A stretch of DNA of 45,292 bases from Alphaproteobacteria bacterium. GTDB taxonomy: Bacteria; Pseudomonadota; Alphaproteobacteria; UBA6615. Where the stretch lies: contig JABJAG010000202.1 in the NCBI GenBank assembly GCA_018666195.1, positions 1 through 45,292 on the forward strand, read 5' to 3'. Position 1 is the first letter of the stretch. Every line of letters begins with the position of its first letter. Of this stretch, positions 19,448 through 29,970 are shown one piece after another. Under the pieces are notes generated by a model. That model saw nothing but the letters and a program-made list of their open reading frames with translations, was not told the DNA's origin and did not search any database. A program made the position numbers and the translations under genes.

Positions 19448-20377
19448 CTAGTGCGCGGTTTCGCCGACACCAAGTGGGGCGTCGTCTCGGCCGGGGAATT
19501 CGAATTCCAGCGTCGAGTGCCCGATCTCGAATTGTGTCGAGAGTTGCGCTTTGATTGCGTTCTTGATGTTTTCCATCTGGTTCATGTCAACCTGATCAAT
19601 CACTACATGTGCTTCCAGTGACAGACGATGTTCATCGATATGCCAGATATGAACATGATGGACATCGCGCACACCATCGACTTTCTGCAGGCTGTCGGTA
19701 ACTTCGGTCACGTCAATATCCTGCGGGACACCCTGCATCAGAATGTGGATCGCTTTGGGGATTTCGATGCCGGCATGGGCGAGGATATAGATCGAAATCA
19801 CCATGGTGACGATGGCATCGACGAACAGCCATTCGTAGAGAATAATCAATGTGCCACCAATGATCACGCCAACTGAGGCCAGCGCATCAGACAGGTTGTG
19901 GATGAAGGCGGCACGAATGTTCATCGATTGCTTTGCCATCGCGTAGGTCAGCATCACAGTCGCGATATCGACTATCAGGGCAATACCGGCGATGATCACC
20001 ACGGTCCAACCTTCGACGGGCTGTGGGTCGATCAGCCGGTCGATGGCTTCGACAATCAGGAATAGCCCAATAAAGATTAGCCACGCCAGATTAAACACGG
20101 CACCGATCATTTCGGCGCGGCCGTGCCCATAGGTGTGATTGGCATCGGCAGGTTGCCGGGAAATCTTGCGGGCAATCAGTGCAATTGCCAGCGCTGCGGC
20201 ATCAGAGAGATTATGGATGGCGTCCGCGATCAGAGCCAGACTGCCGGAGAACACACCGCCAATCACCTGAACCACCGTCAGCAAAACATTGACGGCAATG
20301 GCAAATGCCAGACGCTTGTCACCGCCTGGCGTGTCAGCCGGTGCTGGTCCGTGGGAATGGGAGTGGATATTGCTCAC
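19448..20377 (-). CDS. Cation diffusion facilitator (ZitB/CzcD-like Zn/Co/Cd efflux)
   Basis: His-rich N-terminus HSHSHG, SLALIADAIHNLSD, AAFIHNLSD, HHVHIW; probable GTG start at 20377. Confidence 0.93.
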   Translation of the reverse strand: MSNIHSHSHGPAPADTPGGDKRLAFAIAVNVLLTVVQVIGGVFSGSLALIADAIHNLSDAAALAIALIARKISRQPADANHTYGHGRAEMIGAVFNLAWLIFIGLFLIVEAIDRLIDPQPVEGWTVVIIAGIALIVDIATVMLTYAMAKQSMNIRAAFIHNLSDALASVGVIIGGTLIILYEWLFVDAIVTMVISIYILAHAGIEIPKAIHILMQGVPQDIDVTEVTDSLQKVDGVRDVHHVHIWHIDEHRLSLEAHVVIDQVDMNQMENIKNAIKAQLSTQFEIGHSTLEFEFPGRDDAPLGVGETAH

Positions 20378-20387
20378 AGGCTCTTGA

Positions 20388-20855
20388 TCAGGAGACTTCA
20401 AAAATGGCTTCAACCTCAACCGCGACCCCAGCGGGCAGGGAAGACATACCAACGGCTGCACGGGCATGTGCTCCGGCAGCACCGAAGACTTCTGCCATCA
20501 GATCGGACGCGCCATTGACGACAGTTGGATGGGCCTTGAAGTCAGGCGTTGCGGCCACAAAACCGGTTAGCTTTACGACCCGTGTGATGCGGTCAAGGTC
20601 ACCATCAAGGCCAACCTTGGCCTGGGCAATCACTGAAAGCGCGCAAATACGTGCCGCAGCGGCGCCGTCTTCAACGTCAAATTCGGCGCCCAGGTGCCCG
20701 ATGAAGCCCGGTTTTCCATCGACCACTGGAATTTGTCCGGAAATGAATAGCAAATTTTCTGTGCGGACGAAGGGTACATAGTTCCCCGCTGGGGCATTGG
20801 CGGACGGAAGTTCGATCCCGAGTTCAGAAAGGCGTGCGTCAATTGTTCCAGCCAT
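20388..20855 (-). CDS. RidA (YjgF/YER057c/UK114) family protein
   Basis: GNYVP, FISGQIP, VVNGASDL, HARAAVG, VEVEAIFE. Confidence 0.93.
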   Translation of the reverse strand: MAGTIDARLSELGIELPSANAPAGNYVPFVRTENLLFISGQIPVVDGKPGFIGHLGAEFDVEDGAAAARICALSVIAQAKVGLDGDLDRITRVVKLTGFVAATPDFKAHPTVVNGASDLMAEVFGAAGAHARAAVGMSSLPAGVAVEVEAIFEVS

Positions 20856-20932
20856 GGTGTGTCCTTCGAAGGTTTCTGTTGTGAGGTTGAGTATGGCAGG
20901 CGATGCGGGGTGGTCGACAGCCTGTTTCCGTC

Positions 20933-20969
20933 AAAAAAACCGGGGTGCGCCTACCTTTGCACACCCCGG
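20933..20969 (-). terminator. Intrinsic terminator downstream of nrdJ
   Basis: Minus strand CCGGGGUGUGC-aaagguag-GCGCACCCCGG-UUUUUUU. Confidence 0.9.
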
Positions 20970-21058
20970 AGGTCAGGGAGGAGAGTGTGACCCGGTGCCA
21001 ATCGGACTGGCACAAGGTCGATTATTCAGGCGATTGGGGTCCGGCCCCACCCGAATCC
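20933..21058 (-). ncRNA. Candidate structured 3'UTR RNA or sRNA with an anti-SD loop
   Basis: Four consecutive hairpins, including GGUCA-[CACUCUCCUCCC]-UGACC immediately before the terminator. Confidence 0.45.
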
Positions 21059-21059
21059 C

Positions 21060-24000
21060 TCAGCTACACCCGCTGGTTCCACCACAGGTGTCGCATTTCA
21101 TGCATGTTCCATTCCGCAGAAGTGTGAAGTTTCCACACTCGCCACATGCATCGCCCTCGTAACCCTTCAGGCGTGCCTGACGAATGCGCATTGAACGTTC
21201 TTCCTGCACCACATATTCCAGATCGAGTTGCTGCTGTCCTGCGGACGGCAGAGGAGTCACAGCTGGTTCAATATCTCCGGACACCATGCCGTCGGTACCC
21301 GTTGCCGCCACTGTGGCATGGGCCTCCGGCGCCTGCTGCACCGGCTCGAGTTCACGTAGGCCACCCTCGATCACCGACAGCGTGGATTTTCGGACATATC
21401 CGGTGCTGACAACCGATTCCGTAAGTTTCGATCTCGGCGGCAATCCGTCATCGGACTCCCCGCGGCCCATTGTGTCGGGCTCTAGATCGTCTATTTCCAC
21501 ATGCGCGAGGTCATTGCGACCGAGATAGCTGATCGCCAGCTCACGGAAAATATAATCAAGAATGGAACTCGCCATCTTGATGGTTTCATTGCCTTCCACT
21601 GGTCCTGATGGCTCAAACCGCGTGAAGGTATAGGCATCTACGAACTCTTCCAGCGGCACGCCATATTGCAGACCGATGGATACTGCGATGGCGAAGTTGT
21701 TCATCAAAGAGCGGAAGGCGGCACCTTCTTTGTGCATGTCGAGGAAGACTTCGCCAATGGTGCCGTCATCATACTCGCCGGTGCGGATATAAACTTTATG
21801 GCCACCGACAATGGCTTTCTGGGTGTAGCCCTTGCGACGATGAGGAAGTTTCTGGCGATCGACCTCTCGCTCCACGATGCGTTCGACAATCCGCTCTGCG
21901 ACGATTTCTGCGCGCCGTCCATTCGGGGCATCAATCAACGCGTCGACGATGTCTTCCGCATTATCTGATTCATCCGCGAGAAGCTGTGATTGCAGCGGCT
22001 GGCTGAGTTTGGAGCCGTCGCGATAGAGCGCATTGGCCTTCAGCCCCAGACTCCAGGACAGCATATAGGCTTCCGCGCATTCCTCGACGCTGGCGCTGTT
22101 GGGCATGTTGATCGTTTTGGAGATCGCACCGGAAATGAACGGCTGAGAGGCCGCCATCATCCGGATATGGCTGTCGACCGAAAGGAAGCGTTTACCGATT
22201 TTGCCACAAGGATTGGCGCAGTCGAAGATCGGCAGATGTTCGTCCTTGAGGTGAGGTGCTCCTTCCAGGGTCATCGTGCCGCAGGCGTGATTGTTGGCGG
22301 CCTCGATCTGTTCGTCCGTAAAGCCAATTGCGGTCAGCAAATCGAAAGACATGTCGTCAAGCTGAGAGACCTCGAGACCAAGAGTTTCGGTGCAGAAAGC
22401 TTCGCCCAAAGTCCACTTGTTGAACGCGAACCGGATGTCGAAAGCGGTGCCGAGACCTTCTTCGATCGCCGTAATCTGTTCATCACCAAAGCCTTTTTCG
22501 GCGAGGGTGGCGTGATTGACTGACGGGGCGTCTGCCAACGAGCCGTGACCAACAGCATAGTTTGCCATTTCGTCGATTTGCTTGGGGGTATAGCCAAGAC
22601 CCTGCATGGCCTGCGGGACCATGCGGTTAATGATCTTGAAGTATCCGCCACCGGCCAGCTTTTTGAACTTCACGAGAGCGAAGTCCGGCTCGATGCCCGT
22701 GGTGTCGCAATCCATAACCAGTCCGATGGTGCCTGTCGGTGCGACCACAGTGGTCTGGGCATTGCGATAGCCATGCTTTTCGCCCAAATCGAGGGCTAGG
22801 TCCCATGCCTCCATGGCGGCATTCGCAATGGGTGTGTCAGGGCAGTTGGTGTGGTCGAGGGGCACGGGCAGTGTGGCCAGTGCTTCATAACCTTTGGATT
22901 CACCATGGGCGGCCCGACGATGGTTGCGGATCACCCGCAGCATGTCGTCTGCATTCTTGGAATAACCCGGGAAGGTCCCCAGCTCTTCAGCCATTTCGGC
23001 CGAGGTCGCGTAGCAAATGCCAGTCATGAGTGCGGTGATGGATGCGCAGAGTGCTCGGCCTTCATCGCTGTCATAGGATAAGCCTGAGGCCATCAGCAGA
23101 CCGCCGATATTGGCATAGCCAAGGCCCAGTGTGCGGAACTCGTAGCTCAGGCGGGCAATTTCCTTCGACGGGAATTGTGCCATGAGTACGGAGACTTCGA
23201 GAGTTACGGTCCACAAGCGTACGGCGTGGGAAAAGCCATCGACATCAAAACTACCGTCGTCATTTCGGAAGGTCATCAGGTTCAGTGAAGCGAGATTACA
23301 CGCGGTATCGTCGAGAAACATGTACTCCGAACATGGGTTCGAAGCATTGATCCGACCGGATTGCGGACAGGTGTGCCAGTCATTGATCGTTGTGTCGTAC
23401 TGGATACCCGGATCCGCGCACGACCAGGCCGCATAGGAGACTTTGTCCCAGAGCTCACTCGCATTTACTGTCTTTGCCACGCCGCCATCGGTTCGGCTGG
23501 TGAGATCCCAGTCTGCACCCGTTTGGACAGCTTTGAGGAAGTCGTCGGTGACGCGCACGGAGTTGTTGGAATTCTGACCGGCGACCGTCAGGTAGGCATC
23601 GGAATCCCAATCCGTGTCATAGGTGGGGAAAGAGATTTCCTTGAAACCTTGCTGGGCGAATTGAATCACGCGCTGGGCGTAATTGTCTGGCACCAATGCT
23701 TTGCGGGATGCACGAATGGCCCGCTTGAGTTCCGGGTTTTCGGCTGGATTGAAACGTTCATCACCTTCCGGCGCGTCGGGTCCGTTGCACGCTTCCATGA
23801 TGGCGGTGAGGTGAAGCTGGCAGGTCTTTGAACCGGTCACCAGCGCAGCTACTTTCTGTTCTTCGAGCACCTTCCATTCGATGTATTCCTCGATGTCGGG
23901 GTGATCAATATCAACCACCACCATCTTGGCCGCACGCCGAGTTGTGCCACCGGACTTGATGGCACCCGCTGCACGGTCACCAATCTTCAGGAAACTTATC

Positions 24001-24761
24001 AGCCCGGATGATTTGCCGCCACCGGACAGCGCTTCGTTTGATCCGCGAATGTTGGAGAAATTGGAACCAGTGCCCGAGCCGTATTTGAACAGGCGTGCTT
24101 CGCGAACCCACAAATCCATGATACCACCATCACCAACCAGGTCATCAGCAACGGACTGAATGAAGCACGCATGTGGTTGCGGGTGTTCATAGGCGCTTTT
24201 GGACTTGGTCAGTTTGCCGGTCTGGAAATCCACATAGTGATGTCCCTGGCCGGGTCCATCGATCCCGTAGGCCCAGTGCAGTCCTGTGTTGAACCATTGG
24301 GGACTATTTGGCGCTGCCATCTGGCTGGCGAGCATGAAGCGCATCTCGTCGTAATAGGCACTCGCATCTTCGGCGGAATCGAAATACCCGCCTTTCCAGC
24401 CCCAATATGCCCAGGTGCCGGCCAGTCGGTCGAACACTTGTCGGGCATCGCTTTCGCCGCTGAAACGCTTGGCTTCGGCCAGCTTCTTGATTTTCGGTTC
24501 GTCGGCTTGTTTGCGCCACAGAAACTCGGGCACATCATCTTCGGGCACCGCCTTGAGTTTTGCCGGCACCCCAGCCTTGCGGAAATACTTCTGGGCCAGA
24601 ATATCGCAAGCCACCTGTGTCCAGGCTGCAGGAACATCAATATCGGCTGCTGCAAACACCACGGAGCCATCCGGATTACGGATTTCGCTCGACGTGGTTC
24701 TGAATTCGATGTCCGCGTACGGACTGGCACCCTCTACTGTAAAGCGGCGTTCGATCCGCAT
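21060..24761 (-). CDS. nrdJ: Class II (adenosylcobalamin-dependent) ribonucleotide reductase
   Basis: [34 protein letters not shown]-terminal TSCPD-like domain and CxxC..CxxC..GCS; no intein seen. Confidence 0.97.
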   Translation of the reverse strand: MRIERRFTVEGASPYADIEFRTTSSEIRNPDGSVVFAAADIDVPAAWTQVACDILAQKYFRKAGVPAKLKAVPEDDVPEFLWRKQADEPKIKKLAEAKRFSGESDARQVFDRLAGTWAYWGWKGGYFDSAEDASAYYDEMRFMLASQMAAPNSPQWFNTGLHWAYGIDGPGQGHHYVDFQTGKLTKSKSAYEHPQPHACFIQSVADDLVGDGGIMDLWVREARLFKYGSGTGSNFSNIRGSNEALSGGGKSSGLISFLKIGDRAAGAIKSGGTTRRAAKMVVVDIDHPDIEEYIEWKVLEEQKVAALVTGSKTCQLHLTAIMEACNGPDAPEGDERFNPAENPELKRAIRASRKALVPDNYAQRVIQFAQQGFKEISFPTYDTDWDSDAYLTVAGQNSNNSVRVTDDFLKAVQTGADWDLTSRTDGGVAKTVNASELWDKVSYAAWSCADPGIQYDTTINDWHTCPQSGRINASNPCSEYMFLDDTACNLASLNLMTFRNDDGSFDVDGFSHAVRLWTVTLEVSVLMAQFPSKEIARLSYEFRTLGLGYANIGGLLMASGLSYDSDEGRALCASITALMTGICYATSAEMAEELGTFPGYSKNADDMLRVIRNHRRAAHGESKGYEALATLPVPLDHTNCPDTPIANAAMEAWDLALDLGEKHGYRNAQTTVVAPTGTIGLVMDCDTTGIEPDFALVKFKKLAGGGYFKIINRMVPQAMQGLGYTPKQIDEMANYAVGHGSLADAPSVNHATLAEKGFGDEQITAIEEGLGTAFDIRFAFNKWTLGEAFCTETLGLEVSQLDDMSFDLLTAIGFTDEQIEAANNHACGTMTLEGAPHLKDEHLPIFDCANPCGKIGKRFLSVDSHIRMMAASQPFISGAISKTINMPNSASVEECAEAYMLSWSLGLKANALYRDGSKLSQPLQSQLLADESDNAEDIVDALIDAPNGRRAEIVAERIVERIVEREVDRQKLPHRRKGYTQKAIVGGHKVYIRTGEYDDGTIGEVFLDMHKEGAAFRSLMNNFAIAVSIGLQYGVPLEEFVDAYTFTRFEPSGPVEGNETIKMASSILDYIFRELAISYLGRNDLAHVEIDDLEPDTMGRGESDDGLPPRSKLTESVVSTGYVRKSTLSVIEGGLRELEPVQQAPEAHATVAATGTDGMVSGDIEPAVTPLPSAGQQQLDLEYVVQEERSMRIRQARLKGYEGDACGECGNFTLLRNGTCMKCDTCGGTSGCS

Positions 24762-24897
24762 ATCTTCCCCCAATACCGGCGCATGCTAGTCGCGCCAAAA
24801 CAAAACAAAGAGCCAGGGACACTGCATACGTACTCGCCGTTTTGTGGTGTGCAGCCCCGGCCGAGTTGGTGTGCTAATCCTGAAATGAACTCAAAAA

Positions 24898-24994
24898 ACA
24901 CCAAATCTCGACAACTTGGCAGGCTAAACCACAAAATATTCGCGCCGCAACCACATTTTGGGATTGCGACGTAATATTCGTCTACATTGTGTGT
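24898..24994. promoter_or_regulatory. Putative NrdR boxes upstream of nrdJ
   Basis: Four matches to CnAnATnTnG: 24898, 24929 (one mismatch), 24948, 24979 (one mismatch), forming two pairs 31 bp apart. Confidence 0.6.
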
Positions 24995-25107
24995 TTGAAT
25001 GGTCGATGCGCGGAATTCAGCAAATCGCATCAAGATGCTGGACCAAACGCGGCATGCGGTGCGATAGTCCGGCCAATTCGTAGCGTGAACAGGGACTTGC
25101 AGGCGAC

Positions 25108-25461
25108 ATGGCGACAATCGGAACGTTGCTCCGGACGATGGTCTCGGGCCAATTTGTGGGCACGGACAAGTTCGACAATCGGTACTACCGCGGTAAAAGC
25201 CGCAATCGCTACAATCGCGAGCGACGCTGGGTGATCTACAAAGGTCGTGCCGAGGCGAGCAAAGTGCCGCCCGAATGGCATGCCTGGCTCCACCACATCA
25301 GCGATGAGCCCCTGGACAACAATGATCGACATGATTGGCAGCAGGAGCATGTCCCCAATTTGACCGGAACGCGCGCGGCCTATCATCCGCCGGGGAGCGT
25401 TTTGCGCGACGGTGAGCGCAAACGCGGCACCGGGGACTATGAACCCTGGACGCCGAAATAG
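25108..25461 (+). CDS. NADH:ubiquinone oxidoreductase subunit NDUFA12 family protein
   Basis: VGTDKFDNRYY, RRWVIY, SKVPPEWHAWLH, NLTGT, YEPWTP. Confidence 0.93.
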   Translation: MATIGTLLRTMVSGQFVGTDKFDNRYYRGKSRNRYNRERRWVIYKGRAEASKVPPEWHAWLHHISDEPLDNNDRHDWQQEHVPNLTGTRAAYHPPGSVLRDGERKRGTGDYEPWTPK

Positions 25462-25512
25462 CCGTTTGCCCGGTCAACGAACTGCAATGCACCCGGAAAT
25501 GATTGAAGCTCC

Positions 25513-25998
25513 ATGAACACTGCAGCCCACAGAGAAGTTCGCGATGTCATCGTTGGACTTTGCGTGAGTGCGGTTGTTGTCGTGGCCATGGTTCTGGTGT
25601 TCGGCCCGTCACTGTTCGCCGGAACATCGACGTACCAGGTTCAGGCTACGTTTGAGCGGACGGACGGGCTGATGATTGGAAATCCAGTTCAAGCAGCAGG
25701 TGTGACGGTCGGAAAAGTCACCGCGATGGATTTGGTCGACGGCTTTCGCGTGCGAACAACCTTGCAAATTGATGTTGCTGTCGAGCTAGACAGCGAGGCA
25801 AGTGCTGCGATTGTCACGGATGGCATTTTTGGCGGAAAACTGGTGCTTATTGATATTGGTGGCGGCAGTGATGTGATCGAAGGCGGCGGAGAAATTCGGT
25901 TTACAGAGGATGCAGTCGTACTGGATGACCTGTTCGGGTTGATCATTTCCCAGGCGCGATCCAACAGGGATATTGAAGCTACGGAGAGAAGCCGATGA
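25513..25998 (+). CDS. MlaD/MCE domain protein (divergent copy)
   Basis: N-terminal TM helix, F..DGLMIGNPVQAAGVTVGKV, TDGIFGGK. Confidence 0.85.
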   Translation: MNTAAHREVRDVIVGLCVSAVVVVAMVLVFGPSLFAGTSTYQVQATFERTDGLMIGNPVQAAGVTVGKVTAMDLVDGFRVRTTLQIDVAVELDSEASAAIVTDGIFGGKLVLIDIGGGSDVIEGGGEIRFTEDAVVLDDLFGLIISQARSNRDIEATERSR

Positions 25999-26444
25999 AA
26001 CGTGGTGCTGTTGAAACCATTTTGGGTGCATTGGTTCTTGTCGTTGCCTTCGGCTTCGTCGTGCTGGGTGCCAGAGCGATCGATGTACAATCCGATGACG
26101 GCTATGAACTCAGCGCACGGTTTCTGAAAGTCGGGGGACTGGAACGTGGGAGCGATGTTCGTATCTCAGGCGTCAAAGTTGGATCTGTGATTGAGCGTAA
26201 ACTAGACGCAGAAAATTTTGAGGCCGTGGTGACGTTTTCTGTCCGCAGTGACATACAGCTTCCGGCAGACACCGAAGCTGGTGTCACTGGTGAAGGGCTT
26301 TTGGGTGGCAAGTATCTACGACTGTTTCCCGGACAGTCAGAAGATAAACTTTCTGCGGGTCAGGAAATTTCCCAGACACGAGACTATCAAGCGCTGGAAG
26401 ACACGGTTTCCGAGATCATTTTTCTTGCGACCGACAAGAAATAG
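25995..26444 (+). CDS. mlaD: MlaD/MCE domain protein
   Basis: VETILGALV, GGLERGSDVRISGVKVGSV, EGLLGGKYLRL; ATGA overlap with the previous gene. Confidence 0.9.
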   Translation: MKRGAVETILGALVLVVAFGFVVLGARAIDVQSDDGYELSARFLKVGGLERGSDVRISGVKVGSVIERKLDAENFEAVVTFSVRSDIQLPADTEAGVTGEGLLGGKYLRLFPGQSEDKLSAGQEISQTRDYQALEDTVSEIIFLATDKK

Positions 26445-26497
26445 ATTTGAACGTGACCGTGTCGCGGGGGTATATGCGAAAATGCGAGACCATCTGA

Positions 26498-26932
26498 ATG
26501 TTTAGTCGGACCAGTTGTGTGGCCTTCTCAATGGCTGTGGGCTTTTTGACTGCCTTGCCAGTTGCTGCGCAAACACCGGTGTCTCCATCAGATGTCACAG
26601 CGCCAGCAACTGTTGGGGCTGTGCTCCAGGGCCTGGATAAGGTCACCGCGCGTATATCAACGATCGAAGTTCCGTTCGACAATCTGATCACATTCGGTTC
26701 CCTGACGATTCAGGTTAGGGCTTGTCACAAGGCACCTCCTACCGAGGCTCCGGAAAGCACAGCATTTCTTGAAATCGAGGAAAGCGTTGAAACAGGCCGA
26801 ACCCGTGCTCTTTTTACGGGTTGGATGTTTGCTTCAAGCCCGGCCGTGTCGGCGCTTGAACACCCGGTTTATGATGTCTGGGTGGTCGATTGTATAAAGT
26901 CATCCAGCTCTGCGGATGAAAGCTCCGGCTGA
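26498..26932 (+). CDS. DUF2155 domain exported protein
   Basis: Signal peptide, LQGLDKVTAR, FTGWMFASSP, LEHPVYDVWVVDC. Confidence 0.9.
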   Translation: MFSRTSCVAFSMAVGFLTALPVAAQTPVSPSDVTAPATVGAVLQGLDKVTARISTIEVPFDNLITFGSLTIQVRACHKAPPTEAPESTAFLEIEESVETGRTRALFTGWMFASSPAVSALEHPVYDVWVVDCIKSSSSADESSG

Positions 26933-27519
26933 AAATCGGCGTTGACGCGCAGGGCTTCTGCCAATTGAGTTTTGTATTCCGCGCGATCAATTTCGATCGT
27001 TCCGAATTGGCGCAAATGATCGGTGACAAACTGACTGTCCAGCAACACGTAGCCGCTCTTGCGGAGCCGCGCTGCGAGGTGGCAGAGCGCGATCTTGCTG
27101 GCATCACGTGCCCGCGTGAACATGCTTTCTCCGAAAAATGCTCCGCCCAGTGACACGCCGTAGAGGCCTCCGACAAGAGTATCGTTTTCCCAGCATTCTA
27201 CCGAGTGGGCAAAGCCCATCTCGAACAGGGCAGCATAAAGCTGTTCTATCTCGTCATTGATCCAGGTTTCCGGCCGCTCGCCCTGTGGTTCGGCGCAAGC
27301 GCGAATGGTGCCAATAAAGTCGCCGTCGCAACGAATTTCGTAGGGCGAGGTGCGTAGGGTTTTGCGCAGTCGGCGCGGAATGTGAAAGGAATCCAGCGGG
27401 ATGATTCCGCGCATATCCGGGTCAATCCAGTACAAGTCCGGATCGTGCCGACTTTCGGCCATCGGGAATATCCCGCTGGCATAGGCACCAAGAAGTAATT
27501 GTGGGGTCAAACCCGCCAT
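26869..27519 (-). CDS. aat: Leucyl/phenylalanyl-tRNA--protein transferase
   Basis: AYASGIFPM, TWIN, AHSVECW, GGLYGV, FFGESMF, ASKIAL, DSQFVTDHL. Confidence 0.96.
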   Translation of the reverse strand: MAGLTPQLLLGAYASGIFPMAESRHDPDLYWIDPDMRGIIPLDSFHIPRRLRKTLRTSPYEIRCDGDFIGTIRACAEPQGERPETWINDEIEQLYAALFEMGFAHSVECWENDTLVGGLYGVSLGGAFFGESMFTRARDASKIALCHLAARLRKSGYVLLDSQFVTDHLRQFGTIEIDRAEYKTQLAEALRVNADFQPELSSAELDDFIQSTTQTS

Positions 27520-27532
27520 AGGAAGCCGCTAA

Positions 27533-28873
27533 TTACGAAGTTTCGACGAAACGTTCGAGCCAATGAATATCATACTCTGCTGATGCAAAGGAGGGGGCGT
27601 CGACCACGCGCTGATGCAGGGGGATGGTTGTGGATATGCCGCTGACCGCCATCTCACCGAGAACTCGCCGTAGCCGCATCAGGGCTTCGTCTCGGTTGCG
27701 CCCGTGGACGATCAGTTTTGCGATCAGGCTGTCGTAATAGGGAGGGATTCGGTACCCAGCATAGAGAGCTGAATCGACCCGTACGCCGAGTCCGCCTGGT
27801 GCGTGATACTCCTCCACCATCCCTGGGGACGGGGTAAACGAAATCGGGTCCTCGGCATTGATTCGGCACTCGATCGCATGACCTTCCATGACGACATCAG
27901 ATTGTTTGATGGAGAGCGGCGCTCCGCCGGCAATTCTGATCATTTCCGCAACGATATCAAAATTGCAGATCATCTCTGTGATCGGATGTTCGACCTGAAC
28001 CCGCGTGTTCATTTCGATGAAGAAGAATTCGCCGTTTTCGTAGAGAAACTCGAACGTACCCGCGCTGCGATAGTTCATTTTTGCTGTGGCTTCGGCGCAT
28101 ATGGTTCCGATGCGTCTGCGTGTGGCGTCGTCAAGTACAGGACAGGGAGCTTCTTCCAGCACCTTCTGGTGGTTTCTCTGCAGCGAGCAATCTCGTTCGA
28201 ACAGATGCACGGCATTGCCCTGACCATCTCCGATGACCTGTACTTCCACATGGCGGGGCTGACCGAGATACTTCTCGATGTAAACTGTGTCGTCGCCAAA
28301 ATTCGCCTTGGCCTCGGTGCGAGCCATCTTGAACGCTAATTCGATGCCATCGGGTGCCTGAACAACCTTCATGCCACGCCCGCCGCCACCTGAAGCAGCT
28401 TTGACGATCACGGGATAGCCGATCTCGCCGGCAATGCGGGTGGCATCGGATACGCTTTCGACAGCACCATCTGAACCTGGAACCACCGGAACGCCTGCGA
28501 TACGCATGGCATCCTTGGCGGCAACCTTGTCACCCATGGTAGCGATCGAAACTGCGGTTGGGCCAATAAACGCCATTCCGTGTTCTTCAACAATTCGCGC
28601 AAAATTGGCGTTCTCGGAGAGGAAACCATAGCCCGGATGAATGGCATCAGCGCCCGTCAGCGTCGCGGCGGAGAGAATGGCTGGAATATTAAGATAGCTT
28701 TCCGCAGCAGACGGCGGCCCGATACACACGCTTTCATCGGCCAGTCGGACATGCATCGCATAAGAGTCCGCTGTCGAATGCACAGCAACCGTCGAGATGC
28801 CCATTTCCTTGCAGGCACGGTGAATGCGCAGCGCGATTTCGCCCCGGTTCGCAATCAGGACTTTGTTGATCAT
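27533..28873 (-). CDS. accC: Acetyl-CoA carboxylase, biotin carboxylase subunit
   Basis: [47 protein letters not shown]; start ATG 28873. Confidence 0.97.
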   Translation of the reverse strand: MINKVLIANRGEIALRIHRACKEMGISTVAVHSTADSYAMHVRLADESVCIGPPSAAESYLNIPAILSAATLTGADAIHPGYGFLSENANFARIVEEHGMAFIGPTAVSIATMGDKVAAKDAMRIAGVPVVPGSDGAVESVSDATRIAGEIGYPVIVKAASGGGGRGMKVVQAPDGIELAFKMARTEAKANFGDDTVYIEKYLGQPRHVEVQVIGDGQGNAVHLFERDCSLQRNHQKVLEEAPCPVLDDATRRRIGTICAEATAKMNYRSAGTFEFLYENGEFFFIEMNTRVQVEHPITEMICNFDIVAEMIRIAGGAPLSIKQSDVVMEGHAIECRINAEDPISFTPSPGMVEEYHAPGGLGVRVDSALYAGYRIPPYYDSLIAKLIVHGRNRDEALMRLRRVLGEMAVSGISTTIPLHQRVVDAPSFASAEYDIHWLERFVETS

Positions 28874-28895
28874 GTCGTGACGGACCTGATGCGCT

Positions 28896-29342
28896 CTATT
28901 CGACGATGGCGAGCAACTCGCCATACTCGACGGGCTGCCCACTGGCTACGGCAATTTCTGAAACTGTTCCTGCTCGGGGCGATTTCACTTCGTTGAAGGT
29001 TTTCATTGCTTCGATCAACATCAATGTCTGGCCCTCGCTCACTGTATCTCCTGATTTGATCAGGGGCGGGTCGCCAGGAGATTGAGATAGGTAAATCGTT
29101 CCGACCATCGGCGACGTGATGGCGCCAGGGTGCGATGAATCATCTGATGCAACAGGCGGAGGGGCTTCGGGTGTTGCTTTAACTGCGGGCGCCGCGGCTG
29201 GAGCCATCACAACGGAAGATGATTGGGCCACGCGAATGCGTTTGCCGCTGTCTTCATATTCTATTTCACCCAGACCCGTTTCTTCGAGCAGGCCCGATAA
29301 TTTTCGGACAAGTTCGGCATCAATATCAAAAGGGTCGCTCAT
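28896..29342 (-). CDS. accB: Biotin carboxyl carrier protein
   Basis: [12 protein letters not shown] biotinylation motif, Pro/Ala linker. Confidence 0.96.
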   Translation of the reverse strand: MSDPFDIDAELVRKLSGLLEETGLGEIEYEDSGKRIRVAQSSSVVMAPAAAPAVKATPEAPPPVASDDSSHPGAITSPMVGTIYLSQSPGDPPLIKSGDTVSEGQTLMLIEAMKTFNEVKSPRAGTVSEIAVASGQPVEYGELLAIVE

Positions 29343-29348
29343 CGGCGG

Positions 29349-29795
29349 CTACAAATCCATTTGTGCGGCCAACGCATCGATTGCGAGTACATAGCTCATC
29401 GGGCCGAACCCACATACAACTCCTGTCGCAGCTGCGCTGATATAGGACTTATGTCGGAACTCCTCGCGTGCGAAAATATTAGATAGATGCACTTCGACAA
29501 TGGGAATATCCAACAGTCGTAAGGCGTCGTGTACGGCGACGGATGTGTGGGTATAGGCGCCTGCATTAATCGCCAAACCGGCAGCGATTGTCCGCGCTTC
29601 CTGAATCCAGGCCACGAGCTCGCCCTCATGGTTTGACTGTCGGAACTCCAAATCGAAATTCGCTTTTGTTGCTGAGTCACGGCAGCGTTGTTCAATATCT
29701 GCGAGAGATTCTCCGCCATAGATACCTGGTTCCCGCTCACCAAGTAGGTTCAGGTTGGGGCCATTGAGAACCCATATGGATTTCTGCGTTGCCAC
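29349..29795 (-). CDS. aroQ: Type II 3-dehydroquinate dehydratase
   Basis: [39 protein letters not shown]; start GTG 29795 or ATG 29825. Confidence 0.96.
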   Translation of the reverse strand: MATQKSIWVLNGPNLNLLGEREPGIYGGESLADIEQRCRDSATKANFDLEFRQSNHEGELVAWIQEARTIAAGLAINAGAYTHTSVAVHDALRLLDIPIVEVHLSNIFAREEFRHKSYISAAATGVVCGFGPMSYVLAIDALAAQMDL

Positions 29796-29970
29796 GTCTG
29801 TGCGTCCCGAAGTTATATGCTCCATGCCGGTTACCACGCAGCCTCGATTCAGAGCAATCGGTGGACAGTGCGTGTCATACATGTGGCGTTTTGCAATCCG
29901 CAAAATAATTCCCTCACGACGTTCTGTATTCGACTATAACGCGCCACCAATTCCTCAAAGGTGATCCGGT

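Noticed and set aside
21060-24900. Intein, intron or cobalamin riboswitch in or upstream of nrdJ
   Set aside because: Continuous ORF of normal alphaproteobacterial NrdJ size with no splicing motifs seen; no B12-box recognisable in the leader
29826-29970. speF-leader-type RNA or operator (TTTTGC-aatcc-GCAAAA at 29889-29905) upstream of the decarboxylase
   Set aside because: Gap is short and shared with the aroQ promoter; a single 6-bp inverted repeat is insufficient evidence
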